A DNA stretch of 64,000 nucleotides from positions 32,001 to 96,000 of the forward strand of contig JAVRCV020000015.1 of assembly GCA_034530615.2 (NCBI GenBank), read 5' to 3'. Shown piece after piece: positions 54,325 to 64,000 of the stretch. Numbering within the stretch: the stretch's first letter is position 1; every line of letters starts with the position of its first letter. Under the pieces are notes generated by a model. It did not search any database. It saw nothing but the letters and a program-made list of their open reading frames with translations, and was not told the DNA's origin. The stretch comes from Aulosira sp. ZfuVER01 (GTDB lineage Bacteria; Cyanobacteriota; Cyanobacteriia; Cyanobacteriales; Nostocaceae). The position numbers and the translations under genes are program-made.

Positions 54325-55410
54325 ATGACTGACCTACCACCTAACGCTCAAAATCCTAGTAACACTGATTCAGATACCGCCCAAGAATTGTTACGAAAGT
54401 TAAGACAAAAGCAAGGTAATTGGGTGGAATGGGGTCAAGCGATCGCCTATTTGCAAAAAGCTGGTTACAATCCCCAAGATATTTTTGAGGCAACTGGATT
54501 TGAGCCAATTCAGCAAAATCAGGTAGTTGTTGGTTCCCAAGTTTATAATTCTTTAGAAAAAGGTGGCGCATCAGAATCGACGCGATCGCATTACGCCACA
54601 CGCGGCAGTGATATTTTATATGAGTTACGCTTGCTCACCCATGAAGAACGCGCCGCCGCCGCTGACCTAACTTTCCAGCACAAACTTGACATGGATGAAG
54701 CGCGGGAAATAGCCAAAGCTATTAAAGAGTTCTCCCGTTTCCGCAACTTGCCAGAAGGATTTTCTAGCCATCCGGGAGATGCTGTTGCCTATGGTTCCTG
54801 GAAACTGGCACGCCAAAACACAGATTTACAAGAGCGATCGCGCCTGATTGCGAAAGGCTTACGGTTTGCCCATACGCAAACTGCTAGAAAACAAATAGAA
54901 CAGTTACTTACAGATTTTACGGTTGTACCTAAGCGTCCGGCCCCACTGTTACCCTTTTACCGCCTGGAGTCTGAAGAAGAGTTACCTAGAATTGTAGCTG
55001 TAGTTGGTGAGTTGCCATTGACACCAAACGACTTAAAAGCGGTGCCTTTAGTGACAGAAATTCAGCCATTTCGCATGGTCAAATTTGCTGGCGAGCAAGC
55101 TTGGATACCATTACCAGGTTGGCAAGTGCTATTGAGTGCCGAAGACCCAGTGGTGATTTTAGCTGAGAGCGATCGCCTGCCCAATCAAATCCAGAATCAG
55201 CCCGGAAAAGTGCTGCTAGTCGTAGATCGCGCCCAACGGCAATGGGATGTCTCTAGTTACTTTATAGTAGAGAGTTCTGGAGAATTAGATATTCAGTGGT
55301 TTGAAACTGAACCGGAAATTCCTCTATTAGGAAAGATTATTATCATCTTGCGTCCTAAGAAAATCCTTGATGAAGAATTCACCAAGGATTCCTGGCAGAT
55401 TGACGAATAG
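54325..55410 (+). CDS. raf1: RuBisCO accumulation factor 1
   Basis: LRQKQGNWVEWG, FEATGFEPIQQNQV, LPGWQV, C-terminal WQIDE. Confidence 0.93.
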   Translation: MTDLPPNAQNPSNTDSDTAQELLRKLRQKQGNWVEWGQAIAYLQKAGYNPQDIFEATGFEPIQQNQVVVGSQVYNSLEKGGASESTRSHYATRGSDILYELRLLTHEERAAAADLTFQHKLDMDEAREIAKAIKEFSRFRNLPEGFSSHPGDAVAYGSWKLARQNTDLQERSRLIAKGLRFAHTQTARKQIEQLLTDFTVVPKRPAPLLPFYRLESEEELPRIVAVVGELPLTPNDLKAVPLVTEIQPFRMVKFAGEQAWIPLPGWQVLLSAEDPVVILAESDRLPNQIQNQPGKVLLVVDRAQRQWDVSSYFIVESSGELDIQWFETEPEIPLLGKIIIILRPKKILDEEFTKDSWQIDE

Positions 55411-55544
55411 AGACCCTAACATTCATCCAAATACACTGCATCCAGTAGTTAAGCTTCCAGCAGCATAGAGCCTCTTGTAAACTCAAACAGTAGTCAATCT
55501 CTTAACTTCTGTAATAAAAGCACTTTATGGGAGGATGATCGGTA

Positions 55545-57158
55545 ATGGAATGGATTTTAGCTCAACAAACCCCTTTAGATAGCAATTCTGCTGTAGATAG
55601 CCAAACGGCAGGAACCATTCCTGAACTGGTCATCATTTTGATTATTTTGCTACTGATTGCAACTGCTGTTGCATTGATAACTCAGCGGCTAAAAATTCCT
55701 TATGTAACAGGATTGGTACTGGCAGGATTACCCATTACAGAACTTTGGTCGCGTCGGATTGGCTTAGATCCGTCCTTAGTGTTAAACCTTTTTCTGCCAA
55801 TTCTGATTTTTGAAGCAGCGATCAATACGGATATCAGTCGTCTTCGCAGTACTTTTAAGCCGATCGCTCTTTTAGCAGGCCCCGGCTCTATTTTTTCTTC
55901 AGCAATTATTGCCGTTCTGATTAAATTTGGGCTGAGATTAGATTGGATTCCGGCTCTGCTGCTCGGTGTGATTTTGGCAAACACGGATACTGTCTCAATG
56001 ATCGCGGTTTTTAAGGAGATCCGCGTGCCTTCTCGATTGTCCACAATTGTTGAGGGAGAAACCCTGTTTAACGATGCGGCTGCCTTAATTTCCTTCAATT
56101 TGCTTTTGGTCATTTATGCAACAGGCTCTCTCACTGCTGTACAAGGTGTGAAGGAACTGCTTCTGGTTGCCTTAGGTGGGGGACTTGTAGGGGCTATTTT
56201 AGGCTACTTAAGTTTGCCAATATTTGTTCGCTTAAACGATCCGTTAAGTAGCCTTTTGCTAACCGTTGCTCTAGCATTGGGAACCTTTCAAATTGGGCAA
56301 TTTTTGGGCGTATCAGGTGCAGTGGCTGTGGTGATCGCTGGATTGATTTTTGGCAATCTAGGGCTACCGCAGAGTTCCTCTGCCTCAGATAGAATTACTC
56401 TGTTAAGTTTCTGGGAATACGCTGGTTTTAGCGTTAATACGTTTATTTTCCTGTTGATTGGGATTGAAATTAACCCAGTAACGCTGTGGAGAAATTTGCC
56501 ATCCATCTTGTTTGTCATTCTGGCGTATCAGTTAGGACGGATTCTCTCGGTTTATTTATTATTAGCAGGACTGCGCTGGTTCGATCGCCCAATTCCGCTA
56601 CGCTGGCAGCACGTTTTGGTTTTAGGGAATATTAAAGGTTCGCTCTCAATGGCGTTAGCAGTTGCTATTCCCTTATCGCTAACGGGACGGGACTTTCTCA
56701 TCGAACTGGTGTTTGGTTCCGTTTTATTTTCTTTAGTGATACAAGGATTAGCTTTACCCGGGCTGATCAAACGGCTCAACATCAGCCGTGTTTCCGAGAC
56801 AATTCAAGAAACTGGTCAGTTGCAGATTCAATTAATTGCGGCTAAAGCTGCTCAGGATGAGTTAGATACTCTGTTGAAATCAGGCGTGTTACCCAAAGCA
56901 GTGTATGAGGAACTATGGGCATCCTATCAAGCGCGGGTAGCAAAGTCGGAACGGGTGCTGCGCGATCTCTACAATCAATATCGGGCAGGTAAACTAGGAG
57001 GCGATCGCAGTGGGCTAGATACGATTCGACGGCGATTGCTGCTAGCAGAAAAGGTTGCCGTTAGCGATGCCCTGCGTAAACGAATTGTGCCAGAAGATCT
57101 GGTGCAGCCCTACATCAAAGATTTGGATGAGAGACTTCTATCGTTGGAAGATGACTAG
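55545..57158 (+). CDS. CPA1 Na+(K+)/H+ antiporter
   Basis: FLPILIFEAA, ANTDTVS, VEGETLFNDAAA, FWEY; many TM helices. Confidence 0.9.
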   Translation: MEWILAQQTPLDSNSAVDSQTAGTIPELVIILIILLLIATAVALITQRLKIPYVTGLVLAGLPITELWSRRIGLDPSLVLNLFLPILIFEAAINTDISRLRSTFKPIALLAGPGSIFSSAIIAVLIKFGLRLDWIPALLLGVILANTDTVSMIAVFKEIRVPSRLSTIVEGETLFNDAAALISFNLLLVIYATGSLTAVQGVKELLLVALGGGLVGAILGYLSLPIFVRLNDPLSSLLLTVALALGTFQIGQFLGVSGAVAVVIAGLIFGNLGLPQSSSASDRITLLSFWEYAGFSVNTFIFLLIGIEINPVTLWRNLPSILFVILAYQLGRILSVYLLLAGLRWFDRPIPLRWQHVLVLGNIKGSLSMALAVAIPLSLTGRDFLIELVFGSVLFSLVIQGLALPGLIKRLNISRVSETIQETGQLQIQLIAAKAAQDELDTLLKSGVLPKAVYEELWASYQARVAKSERVLRDLYNQYRAGKLGGDRSGLDTIRRRLLLAEKVAVSDALRKRIVPEDLVQPYIKDLDERLLSLEDD

Positions 57159-57831
57159 CTTGAATGCCAAGGTAATCAATCATTTGATGGACTAATTCTG
57201 AGCGAGTCACAACCAGGATAGTCGAGTCTGCTTCCAGAACAGTCTTGCCGTTGGGAATCTCTAGATTGGCGCAAGCATGACATTGGTAGCCAATAATTAG
57301 CGAACCCTTAGGAAAGCGTGGGTCTTGCGCAATTTGGGCAACAGTGCGGCCTGCTACATAGCAATTGCCAGGAACGGGTAACTTTAATACCTCTACTTGG
57401 CCTTGCTCAAAGTGCATCATCGACTCGACTTCAGGATATTCAATCGCATTCGCCATAGTTGCAACTGCCAAATCAATCGTGCTGATGACGTGACTTGCTC
57501 CAGCCAAGCGATAGGCTTCCAGAAATTCGCGATCGCGCATCCGTACCACAATATGAGAAATGCCATAGCTCCTAGACAACACAATCAGCGATAAATTCAA
57601 TGCATCATCTCTGAGTGCAGCAACTACCGCATTTGCTTGTTTAATTCCAGCTTCCAAAAGTACCGTAGTGTTAACGGCACTGCCCTCAAATGCCATTACC
57701 CCAATTTTTTCACGAGCAAAGCGACAGGCAAGCGGATCTAAATCGATGATGGCAACTGTGTGACCTAAGTTCAATAACTGCTGGGCTAATCCCAGCCCCA
57801 TCATTCCGGCTCCACCAATTACTACATACAT
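57115..57831 (-). CDS. TrkA/KtrA-family RCK protein
   Basis: IGGAGMMG Rossmann motif (TrkA_N) plus TrkA_C (IPNGKTVLE). Confidence 0.88.
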   Translation of the reverse strand: MYVVIGGAGMMGLGLAQQLLNLGHTVAIIDLDPLACRFAREKIGVMAFEGSAVNTTVLLEAGIKQANAVVAALRDDALNLSLIVLSRSYGISHIVVRMRDREFLEAYRLAGASHVISTIDLAVATMANAIEYPEVESMMHFEQGQVEVLKLPVPGNCYVAGRTVAQIAQDPRFPKGSLIIGYQCHACANLEIPNGKTVLEADSTILVVTRSELVHQMIDYLGIQASHLPTIEVSHPNL

Positions 57832-58053
57832 GATTGACTGCGATCCAAAGAATTCATGTTATCCCAATTTGAAAACAGAATGTGACAGATGAGTGAAGGA
57901 CAATATTCCTAAAAAACGTAAAACATCTGAGTCTTAATTTGCCAACAATGGAATCTTGATGTTTCAATTTGTCATCATAGAGCTATTGCCTGATTAATTT
58001 GTGACCTGCGGTTTTGCAATTAAATTCAAAATCTCGAATCCAAAATTTTATTA

Positions 58054-60522
58054 ATGTCAGACACTAATTTTATTGATAAAGTGACGCAAGAATCTCTATT
58101 CTCAGAATTATCTGATAAATCACCTGTTTCTACCCTACGGGAAGAAGCGATCGCCCGCATTCGCAATAGCCTGCGCCCCGGACAACAGCAAATGGCTGAC
58201 TGGTATGCTGGCCCTTTGGCTGTATCTGCTGTACCTGGTGCTGGTAAATCTACGGGTATGGCAGCAGCAGCAGCGATCGCGATCGCACGTCAATATGAAC
58301 GTGCAGCCCAATCGCGTCTTTCTTCCCGCCGTCAGTTGGTAGTTGTTACCTTTACACGTTCCGCCGCCGCTAATATTAAAGCTAAAATCCGCAAATATTT
58401 ACGGGAAGATTTATCTTTACCCCAGACAGGCTTTGTCGTCTATACTTTGCATGGTCTAGCATTGAATATTGCCAGCCGTCATCCCGATCTATCTGGGTTG
58501 CAGTTAGAAAATGTCACATTAATTACACCTAATCAAAGCCATCGCTTTATCCGTACAGCCGTAGAGCAGTGGATTGCTAATAATCAAAGTACTTATTTAC
58601 GTTTACTAGAAGGTAGCCAATTTGACGGAGAAGAGACAGAAAGATTGCGCCGTCAATCAGTACTGCGAACAGAAGTCTTACCAGACTTAGCAACTACAGT
58701 GATTCATGAAGCCAAAAGTTCTGGACTATCACCAGAAGATTTACGAGAGTGGAATAAACAAACTACAGACCCATACGCAATTTTAAGCGTAGCCGCAGGG
58801 TTGTATGAGCAATATCAAAAATTAATGCGATCGCGCGACTTCATCGACTACGACGACATGATATTAGCGGCTTTGCGGGTGCTAGATAACGACAGCGCTC
58901 GCCGGATTGAGCAAAACCAAGTTTTCGCAGTCTTTGAAGACGAAGCCCAAGATTCTAGCCCGTTACAGACGAGATTGTTAGAGATTTTGGCGAGTGATTT
59001 AGGGGAAGACGTAGAGACACGGGGACGCGGAGACGCGGAGAAAGAAATCTCCGCGTTTCCCCATCTCTCCGTCTCCGCGTCTTCTTCATCTCCAATCAAT
59101 CTCGTCCGAGTAGGCGACCCCAACCAAGCAATTAACTCAACTTTTACACCAGCAGATCCGATTTATTTCCGGGAGTTTTGCCGAGAGTGCGATCGCCTGG
59201 GAAGATTGGCAACAATGGATCAAGCTGGGCGGAGTACGAGAATTATCATTGAAGCAGCTAATTTTGCCCTGGAATGGATTAATAGTTTTTACGGAGTCAA
59301 GATGCAACAATCATCTCATGACTCTATTGCTTCACTTCCCTTTCGTGACCAGAAAATTCGTCCTGTAGACACTGGCGACCCCCAGAAAGATGCTAACCCC
59401 GCAGCAGTAGGACAGGGATTGGAATTACACACTCCTCGTGATATTCATCACACCGTCGAATTACTTTCAAAGAGGGTAATTGAGTTATTTGCTGAAGATC
59501 CCACAAAAATTAGTGCAGCAGTGTTAGTGCGAGAAAATCGCCAAGGACGATGGCTAGCTGAGGCGCTAGAACCGATATGTAAAGAGCATCAAATTACACT
59601 TTACGATGTGGGAGAACGCGATCGCCGCTCCCATATCCCGCAAGAAATTTTAGCATTACTCCAATTTTGCGATCGCCCCCATTCACCTGACTACCTAAAA
59701 GCTGCGCTTGAAGTATTGGTAGAACGCCAGCTAATTCCCACCCAAGACCTCAACGCCTTAGCTAGTTTACCAGAAGAGTTTTTGTATCCAGGCCCCTTGG
59801 CAGCACCGCAAACTGAAACAGTCCAAAAAGCTGCACACTTGTGTCGTAGTCTACTCCGCGCTCGCTTGGAATTGCCAATTTACCAGTTAATTTCTTTTTT
59901 GGCTTTGGCTTTAAATTATGACCAAGCAGAACTAGCAACTGCTGACAAACTCGCAGAACGGGTAAACCAGCAAATAGCTGGTAATAGTTCGATGGGCACA
60001 ATGCTGTCAGCTTTGAGTGAAATTGTCAGTTCCGAACGGTTTGAAGCTGTAGAAACCGAAGATTTAGAAGCTCGTTACACCCGTAATGGTCAACTAACGA
60101 TAATTACCATGCACAAAGCCAAAGGGCTTGATTGGGACTACGTTTTTCTGCCTTTTCTCCACGAAAACTTAATTCCTGGTCGATTTTGGGTGCCACCTCA
60201 AAGCCAGTTTTTAGGCGACTTTACCTTATCTGAAGTGGCTCGTGCCCAAGTGCGTGCTGCTTTACACAATGAATCGCGCATCCCAGAAGTGTCTCAAGCT
60301 TGGGAGGTAGCAAAACACCTAAAAACTGCGGAAGAGTACCGTTTACTTTACGTGGCGATGACACGAGCCAAGCGCTTGTTGTGGATGTCTGCGGCGCAAA
60401 AAGCTCCTTTCACTTGGAGTAAACCAGAGAATTTACAAGAACAAGCGCCTTGCCCAGTGTTTCCCGCGTTAAAGCGCCAATTTCCTGAAAGTGTGGTTTC
60501 TTTAACTGCGGTGGTTCAATAA
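58054..60522 (+). CDS. UvrD/REP-family ATP-dependent helicase
   Basis: AVPGAGKS, VTFT, DEAQD, VGDPNQAI, TMHKAKGLDW, YVAMTRAK. Confidence 0.92.
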   Translation: MSDTNFIDKVTQESLFSELSDKSPVSTLREEAIARIRNSLRPGQQQMADWYAGPLAVSAVPGAGKSTGMAAAAAIAIARQYERAAQSRLSSRRQLVVVTFTRSAAANIKAKIRKYLREDLSLPQTGFVVYTLHGLALNIASRHPDLSGLQLENVTLITPNQSHRFIRTAVEQWIANNQSTYLRLLEGSQFDGEETERLRRQSVLRTEVLPDLATTVIHEAKSSGLSPEDLREWNKQTTDPYAILSVAAGLYEQYQKLMRSRDFIDYDDMILAALRVLDNDSARRIEQNQVFAVFEDEAQDSSPLQTRLLEILASDLGEDVETRGRGDAEKEISAFPHLSVSASSSSPINLVRVGDPNQAINSTFTPADPIYFREFCRECDRLGRLATMDQAGRSTRIIIEAANFALEWINSFYGVKMQQSSHDSIASLPFRDQKIRPVDTGDPQKDANPAAVGQGLELHTPRDIHHTVELLSKRVIELFAEDPTKISAAVLVRENRQGRWLAEALEPICKEHQITLYDVGERDRRSHIPQEILALLQFCDRPHSPDYLKAALEVLVERQLIPTQDLNALASLPEEFLYPGPLAAPQTETVQKAAHLCRSLLRARLELPIYQLISFLALALNYDQAELATADKLAERVNQQIAGNSSMGTMLSALSEIVSSERFEAVETEDLEARYTRNGQLTIITMHKAKGLDWDYVFLPFLHENLIPGRFWVPPQSQFLGDFTLSEVARAQVRAALHNESRIPEVSQAWEVAKHLKTAEEYRLLYVAMTRAKRLLWMSAAQKAPFTWSKPENLQEQAPCPVFPALKRQFPESVVSLTAVVQ
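59005..59087. repeat. In-frame repeat hairpin inside the helicase gene
   Basis: (G)GAGACGCG-type units followed by their reverse complements (CTCCGCGT…CTCCGCGTCTTC). Confidence 0.65.
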
Positions 60523-60648
60523 GTTTTGTTGAGAGTAAAAATATATAGCAATCTGATTTGTGTTCTGAAGTTAATTGCGTAAGGAAGAGCAGCATTCTAA
60601 ATGTTGAATTTTATTTTTAAACGCAGAGGAGCGCAAAGGTTCACGCAG

Positions 60649-60698
60649 CGAAAAGTTCCTCGAAGCCGGGTTTCCCGGCGTAGGAAACTTTTCAAGAC
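60649..60698. mobile_element. GAAAAGTT…AACTTTTCAAGAC small repeat nested in a CGCAGAGG repeat
   Basis: Same termini as the 41805 element; inner GCCGGG-TTT-CCCGGC hairpin. Confidence 0.6.
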
Positions 60699-60757
60699 AG
60701 AGGGTCGCAGAGGTTTCATCATTCTGAGTAGTTTTTTAGTGGTGTGACCAAAATCTA

Positions 60758-61531
60758 TTACCTAGAGCTATTTACAAACTGTTTCCCACAGTCTTTACAG
60801 CGATAGCACTGCTTTCCTCTGCGATACCCGTTTTTAGATAATTGCGGTGATTGACAACGAGGACATTTCATTACTTTCATTACATTGCTCAACGGCCTGT
60901 CTCCCAGATGCGGCTCTAAATATGACACTAGCAAGTCCTCAATCTGCTGAATTAGTCGTTGCTTGTGTTGCTCATCTGTGGTGCGAAGTGCCGACAACAT
61001 TACAGCGTTGCTGCTATGAACACAAACCTCTGCCAATAAACTGCACTGCGCCTCACCCAATGCTGGGTTTTGCTGTTTCAAAATACTCGCCATAAAGTTA
61101 ATCGCTTCTTGAGTCATGCTGTCATCGATTGACTGAAAAATCTGGCGAGATAGAAAAAACTGCACAAACACCACCCGTGACACTGGCTGTTCAAATAAAT
61201 GTGCGAAAGCAGTTGCCAATGCATGAATCATTTGGCGGAGTGGTAACTGAGCAATCTGTAGCTTATCTACCTGTGCCCACATGAGCTTTACCTGTTCGGC
61301 ATGGCGCAGCTCCATTGCATGAAAAATAGCGGCTTTATCGGGAAAGAACTGGTACAAAGAGCCAATTGCTGTCTGTGCTTTTGCTGCAATTAGATGGGTA
61401 GTTGCAGCTTCATAGCCCACTTCGTCAAACACTGCTGCCGCTGCATCCAAGATTTTTTTAACCCGTTCTTTACCTCGCTGCTGTTTAGGTTGACGGCGGA
61501 AACTTCTTGACGAATGTGAATATTCTGTCAT
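60758..61531 (-). CDS. TetR-family regulator with C-terminal IS1 InsA-like Zn ribbon
   Basis: ILDAAAAVF..GYEAAT..IA..A….GSLYQFFPDK HTH; C-terminal CPRC…KNG….QCYRCKDCGKQF. Confidence 0.85.
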   Translation of the reverse strand: MTEYSHSSRSFRRQPKQQRGKERVKKILDAAAAVFDEVGYEAATTHLIAAKAQTAIGSLYQFFPDKAAIFHAMELRHAEQVKLMWAQVDKLQIAQLPLRQMIHALATAFAHLFEQPVSRVVFVQFFLSRQIFQSIDDSMTQEAINFMASILKQQNPALGEAQCSLLAEVCVHSSNAVMLSALRTTDEQHKQRLIQQIEDLLVSYLEPHLGDRPLSNVMKVMKCPRCQSPQLSKNGYRRGKQCYRCKDCGKQFVNSSR

Positions 61532-61580
61532 ATTTTAGAAACACGACGGATTTCTCACAATTTTATATCTAGGATCGAAC

Positions 61581-62600
61581 ATGATGCAGTCTATGCTTCC
61601 TGGTGCGCCTTGGTTATTGGCGCACAAATCGATGCTGGCAGTCAACCAACCTCGCAAAGTTTCCTTGTATGGGGTTGACTATGTAATGTGGAAAGATGCT
61701 GCTGGAGCTATATCTGCTTTACCCAATGCCTGTCCACACATGGGTGCAATGCTATCGGAAGGGTGGTGCGAAGTAAACAGCGATCGCTTTGCCAACACCT
61801 ACGGTGAACGCACAAGTAGCGTGGTTTGCCCGTTTCATGCCCTCCAGTTTGATTCCGAAGGCTGTACAGTTTTACCAGGTTCTGGCAAGAAAACCTTACC
61901 TCAACTGAAACCTCTAGAGTTAACGATCCAAGGCGATTTTATTTGGTCTTATGGGGGATACGAAGCTAAAGTGCCAATTCCCAACGTACTGAATGAGATT
62001 GCCCAAAATTACTACTTTGTCGGGCATACAGCAGATAGAAGTGTAGAGACAGATTTGCTGAGTATGCTGCTGAATATGCATGACTACAATCATCAAAACG
62101 GCACTCATCGGGAATTATTTCGGATTACCGATGTGGAATTTCATCAATTTATTGATAACGGTCATAATTCTCATGCGTTTTATAATATGCCTACAGCGCC
62201 TTACAGCTTGGTAGAAAAGCTGAGGAAACCGGATTTATTGGTACTGCCCAGCACTATTAAAGCGCACCTAGAAAATCACTTCCCATCCCTGGTGATTTTT
62301 CATGGAGAAATGCCATTAGGTAAAGCAGCCCAGTGTCATGTGTTTGTCCCAGAAGCCTTAAATCGGACACGAACTTACATTTTGCTATTTGCCCAAGCCA
62401 AGCATCCTGTCTTTAAGTTATTTGGCAATACGTATCTCAAGTTTGGCAAAGTCGTAGTGGATCAAGATGCAGATATTCTCTCAAAGATTTATCCAGATAC
62501 ACCTCAGAAAATTAAACTCAACAATGAAGTAGGTATGGACTGGGTACGGCGCAATTTTGAGAACTTCCCCAATGTTGTGGAACCTAATTTATCAAAGTAG
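61581..62600 (+). CDS. Rieske non-heme iron oxygenase
   Basis: CPH…CPFH Rieske motif; N..D..H….H and QD mononuclear-iron motifs. Confidence 0.88.
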   Translation: MMQSMLPGAPWLLAHKSMLAVNQPRKVSLYGVDYVMWKDAAGAISALPNACPHMGAMLSEGWCEVNSDRFANTYGERTSSVVCPFHALQFDSEGCTVLPGSGKKTLPQLKPLELTIQGDFIWSYGGYEAKVPIPNVLNEIAQNYYFVGHTADRSVETDLLSMLLNMHDYNHQNGTHRELFRITDVEFHQFIDNGHNSHAFYNMPTAPYSLVEKLRKPDLLVLPSTIKAHLENHFPSLVIFHGEMPLGKAAQCHVFVPEALNRTRTYILLFAQAKHPVFKLFGNTYLKFGKVVVDQDADILSKIYPDTPQKIKLNNEVGMDWVRRNFENFPNVVEPNLSK

Positions 62601-62697
62601 TGGTCTATTAGATTAATGATTTCGTATTCAGGAATGTAATCTTGGATTGTGCAGTACTAAAGTGCTTACTACGATTGCATTAACATTTGTCTCTACT

Positions 62698-62744
62698 ATC
62701 AGTTTCTGAGAAATTAAGGTAAAATGAATTTCTCAGAAACTGAT
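62698..62744. terminator. 18-bp inverted repeat (terminator or operator)
   Basis: ATCAGTTTCTGAGAAATT-N11-AATTTCTCAGAAACTGAT. Confidence 0.6.
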
Positions 62745-62959
62745 GAAAAAGTACAACGTCAAATCAAATATCCTCTTTTGGGAGAACTGATAGCAATTAA
62801 CCATTAAGTTGCACTTAACATTTAGTAAACTAAAATGCGTTACTGCCCCCCGCAGGGTATGACGTTAAATAAGAAAAATCAATCATTATTTTAAGTGTAA
62901 ATTTCGGAGAATTGGTATTAGTAGTTAGGTTAGATATTCAATTCTCAAGGAATAAGAGC

Positions 62960-63961
62960 ATGAAAAGCATTTATAAAGTATCTCATTTAATTAATAATTC
63001 GCGTCAATTTCCGCAAGGAGTGATATTAACTCTGGCGTTAACTAGCCTGCTATCTTGGGGAATTGGACTCACAAATAACAATACTGCTACTGCTGCGCCT
63101 AGTGCAGCAAACATACAATTATCGCAAAACGTCCAAAATAGACTGCCGAGAACGGTTGCGAGAAACATACTCAATGATGCATCCAAACGTTCTGGAGTGG
63201 CGATCGCTGATTTGAAAATTACTCAAGCTACATCCAAAAACTTTGCGAATCCATGTATTTTCCAGTTTGGGGAAGTTTGTACGCGAGAATATAGACCTAT
63301 TCAAGGCTGGGAGGTAATTGTCCAGGTAAAAGACCAATCTTGGACTTACCATGCCAATAGATCTGGCTCGCAAATCATTTTAGATCCGAAAATTAATGCG
63401 TCAGGAAATGTCGCATTACCTAGAGCGATCGCCAATCAAATTTTAAGCGATGCAGCCAAGCGTTCTGGAGTGGCAGTTGCTAATGTAAAAATTACTCAAG
63501 CTACATCCAAAACCTTTGGGAATCCTTGCATTTTCCAATTTGGTGACATCTGCACCAAAGAGTACAATCCCATTGAGGGTTGGGAAGTAATTGTTCAGGT
63601 AAAGAACCAGTCTTGGACTTACCATGTGAATAAATCTGGCTCGCAAATCGTTTTAGATCCGAAAATTAATAAAACGGGAAATGTCAGATTACCGCGAGCG
63701 ATCGCTAATCAAATTTTAAACGATGCAGCCAAGCGTTCTGGAGTAGCCGTTGCTAATGTAAAAATCACTCAAGCTACATCCAAAACCTTTGGCAACGAGT
63801 GTCATTTCAATTTTGGCGAAGTCTGTGCAGAGATTTACAAACCCGTTGAAGGCTGGGAAGTAATTGTTCAGGTGAAGGAGCAATCTTGGACTTACCATGT
63901 GAATAAAAGTGGCTCCGCGATCGTTTTAGATCCTAAAGTGAGTACAACTAGCTCAAGATAA
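62960..63961 (+). CDS. Secreted protein with three 91-aa Cys-pair repeats
   Basis: Signal-like hydrophobic segment ending ATA-A; repeats start at 63143, 63416 and 63689 (273-bp period), each with C-x7-C and GWEVIVQVK..SWTYH. Confidence 0.85.
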   Translation: MKSIYKVSHLINNSRQFPQGVILTLALTSLLSWGIGLTNNNTATAAPSAANIQLSQNVQNRLPRTVARNILNDASKRSGVAIADLKITQATSKNFANPCIFQFGEVCTREYRPIQGWEVIVQVKDQSWTYHANRSGSQIILDPKINASGNVALPRAIANQILSDAAKRSGVAVANVKITQATSKTFGNPCIFQFGDICTKEYNPIEGWEVIVQVKNQSWTYHVNKSGSQIVLDPKINKTGNVRLPRAIANQILNDAAKRSGVAVANVKITQATSKTFGNECHFNFGEVCAEIYKPVEGWEVIVQVKEQSWTYHVNKSGSAIVLDPKVSTTSSR

Positions 63962-64000
63962 ATTCCGCGTGGTTTTGATGTTGCCAAATACCATTGCACT

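Noticed and set aside
60758..60880. Intact IS1 element
   Set aside because: Only the Zn-ribbon is present, in frame with TetR; no InsB catalytic region or terminal repeats

Overview
A 64-kb chromosomal window from a filamentous (Nostocales-like) cyanobacterium, judged by abundant HIP1 octamers (GCGATCGC), heptamer STRR runs, psaX, raf1, ndhB and an HrmK-like kinase. Housekeeping genes (phoD, natD, psaX, lipA, ndhB, rbp, topA, aroQ, ubiE/menG, raf1, Na+/H+ antiporter, TrkA, UvrD-like helicase) alternate with accessory blocks. The top candidate for an undescribed system is a three-gene minus-strand operon at 24338-28413. It encodes a heme-oxygenase-like diiron enzyme resembling the aetokthonotoxin nitrile synthase AetD, a class-B flavin monooxygenase, and a PrnA/RebH-type flavin-dependent halogenase with an altered amino-acid-binding lid. 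Three sensor kinases bracket it, and strong palindromes lie upstream. Other notable items: an atypical LysM/TPR/HPD-less J-domain/GrpE operon (1-4395); a direct-repeat-flanked island holding one stop-split gene with a GHG...C toxin/protease-like C-terminus (8478-9905); a sensor-less HTH-NB-ARC protein; a DUF6745/RQGDV gene pair; a TetR fused to an IS1-type Zn-ribbon; and small dispersed repeats, some nested and some inserted in frame in genes. All family assignments come from motif recognition and recalled reference sequences, not from database searches.
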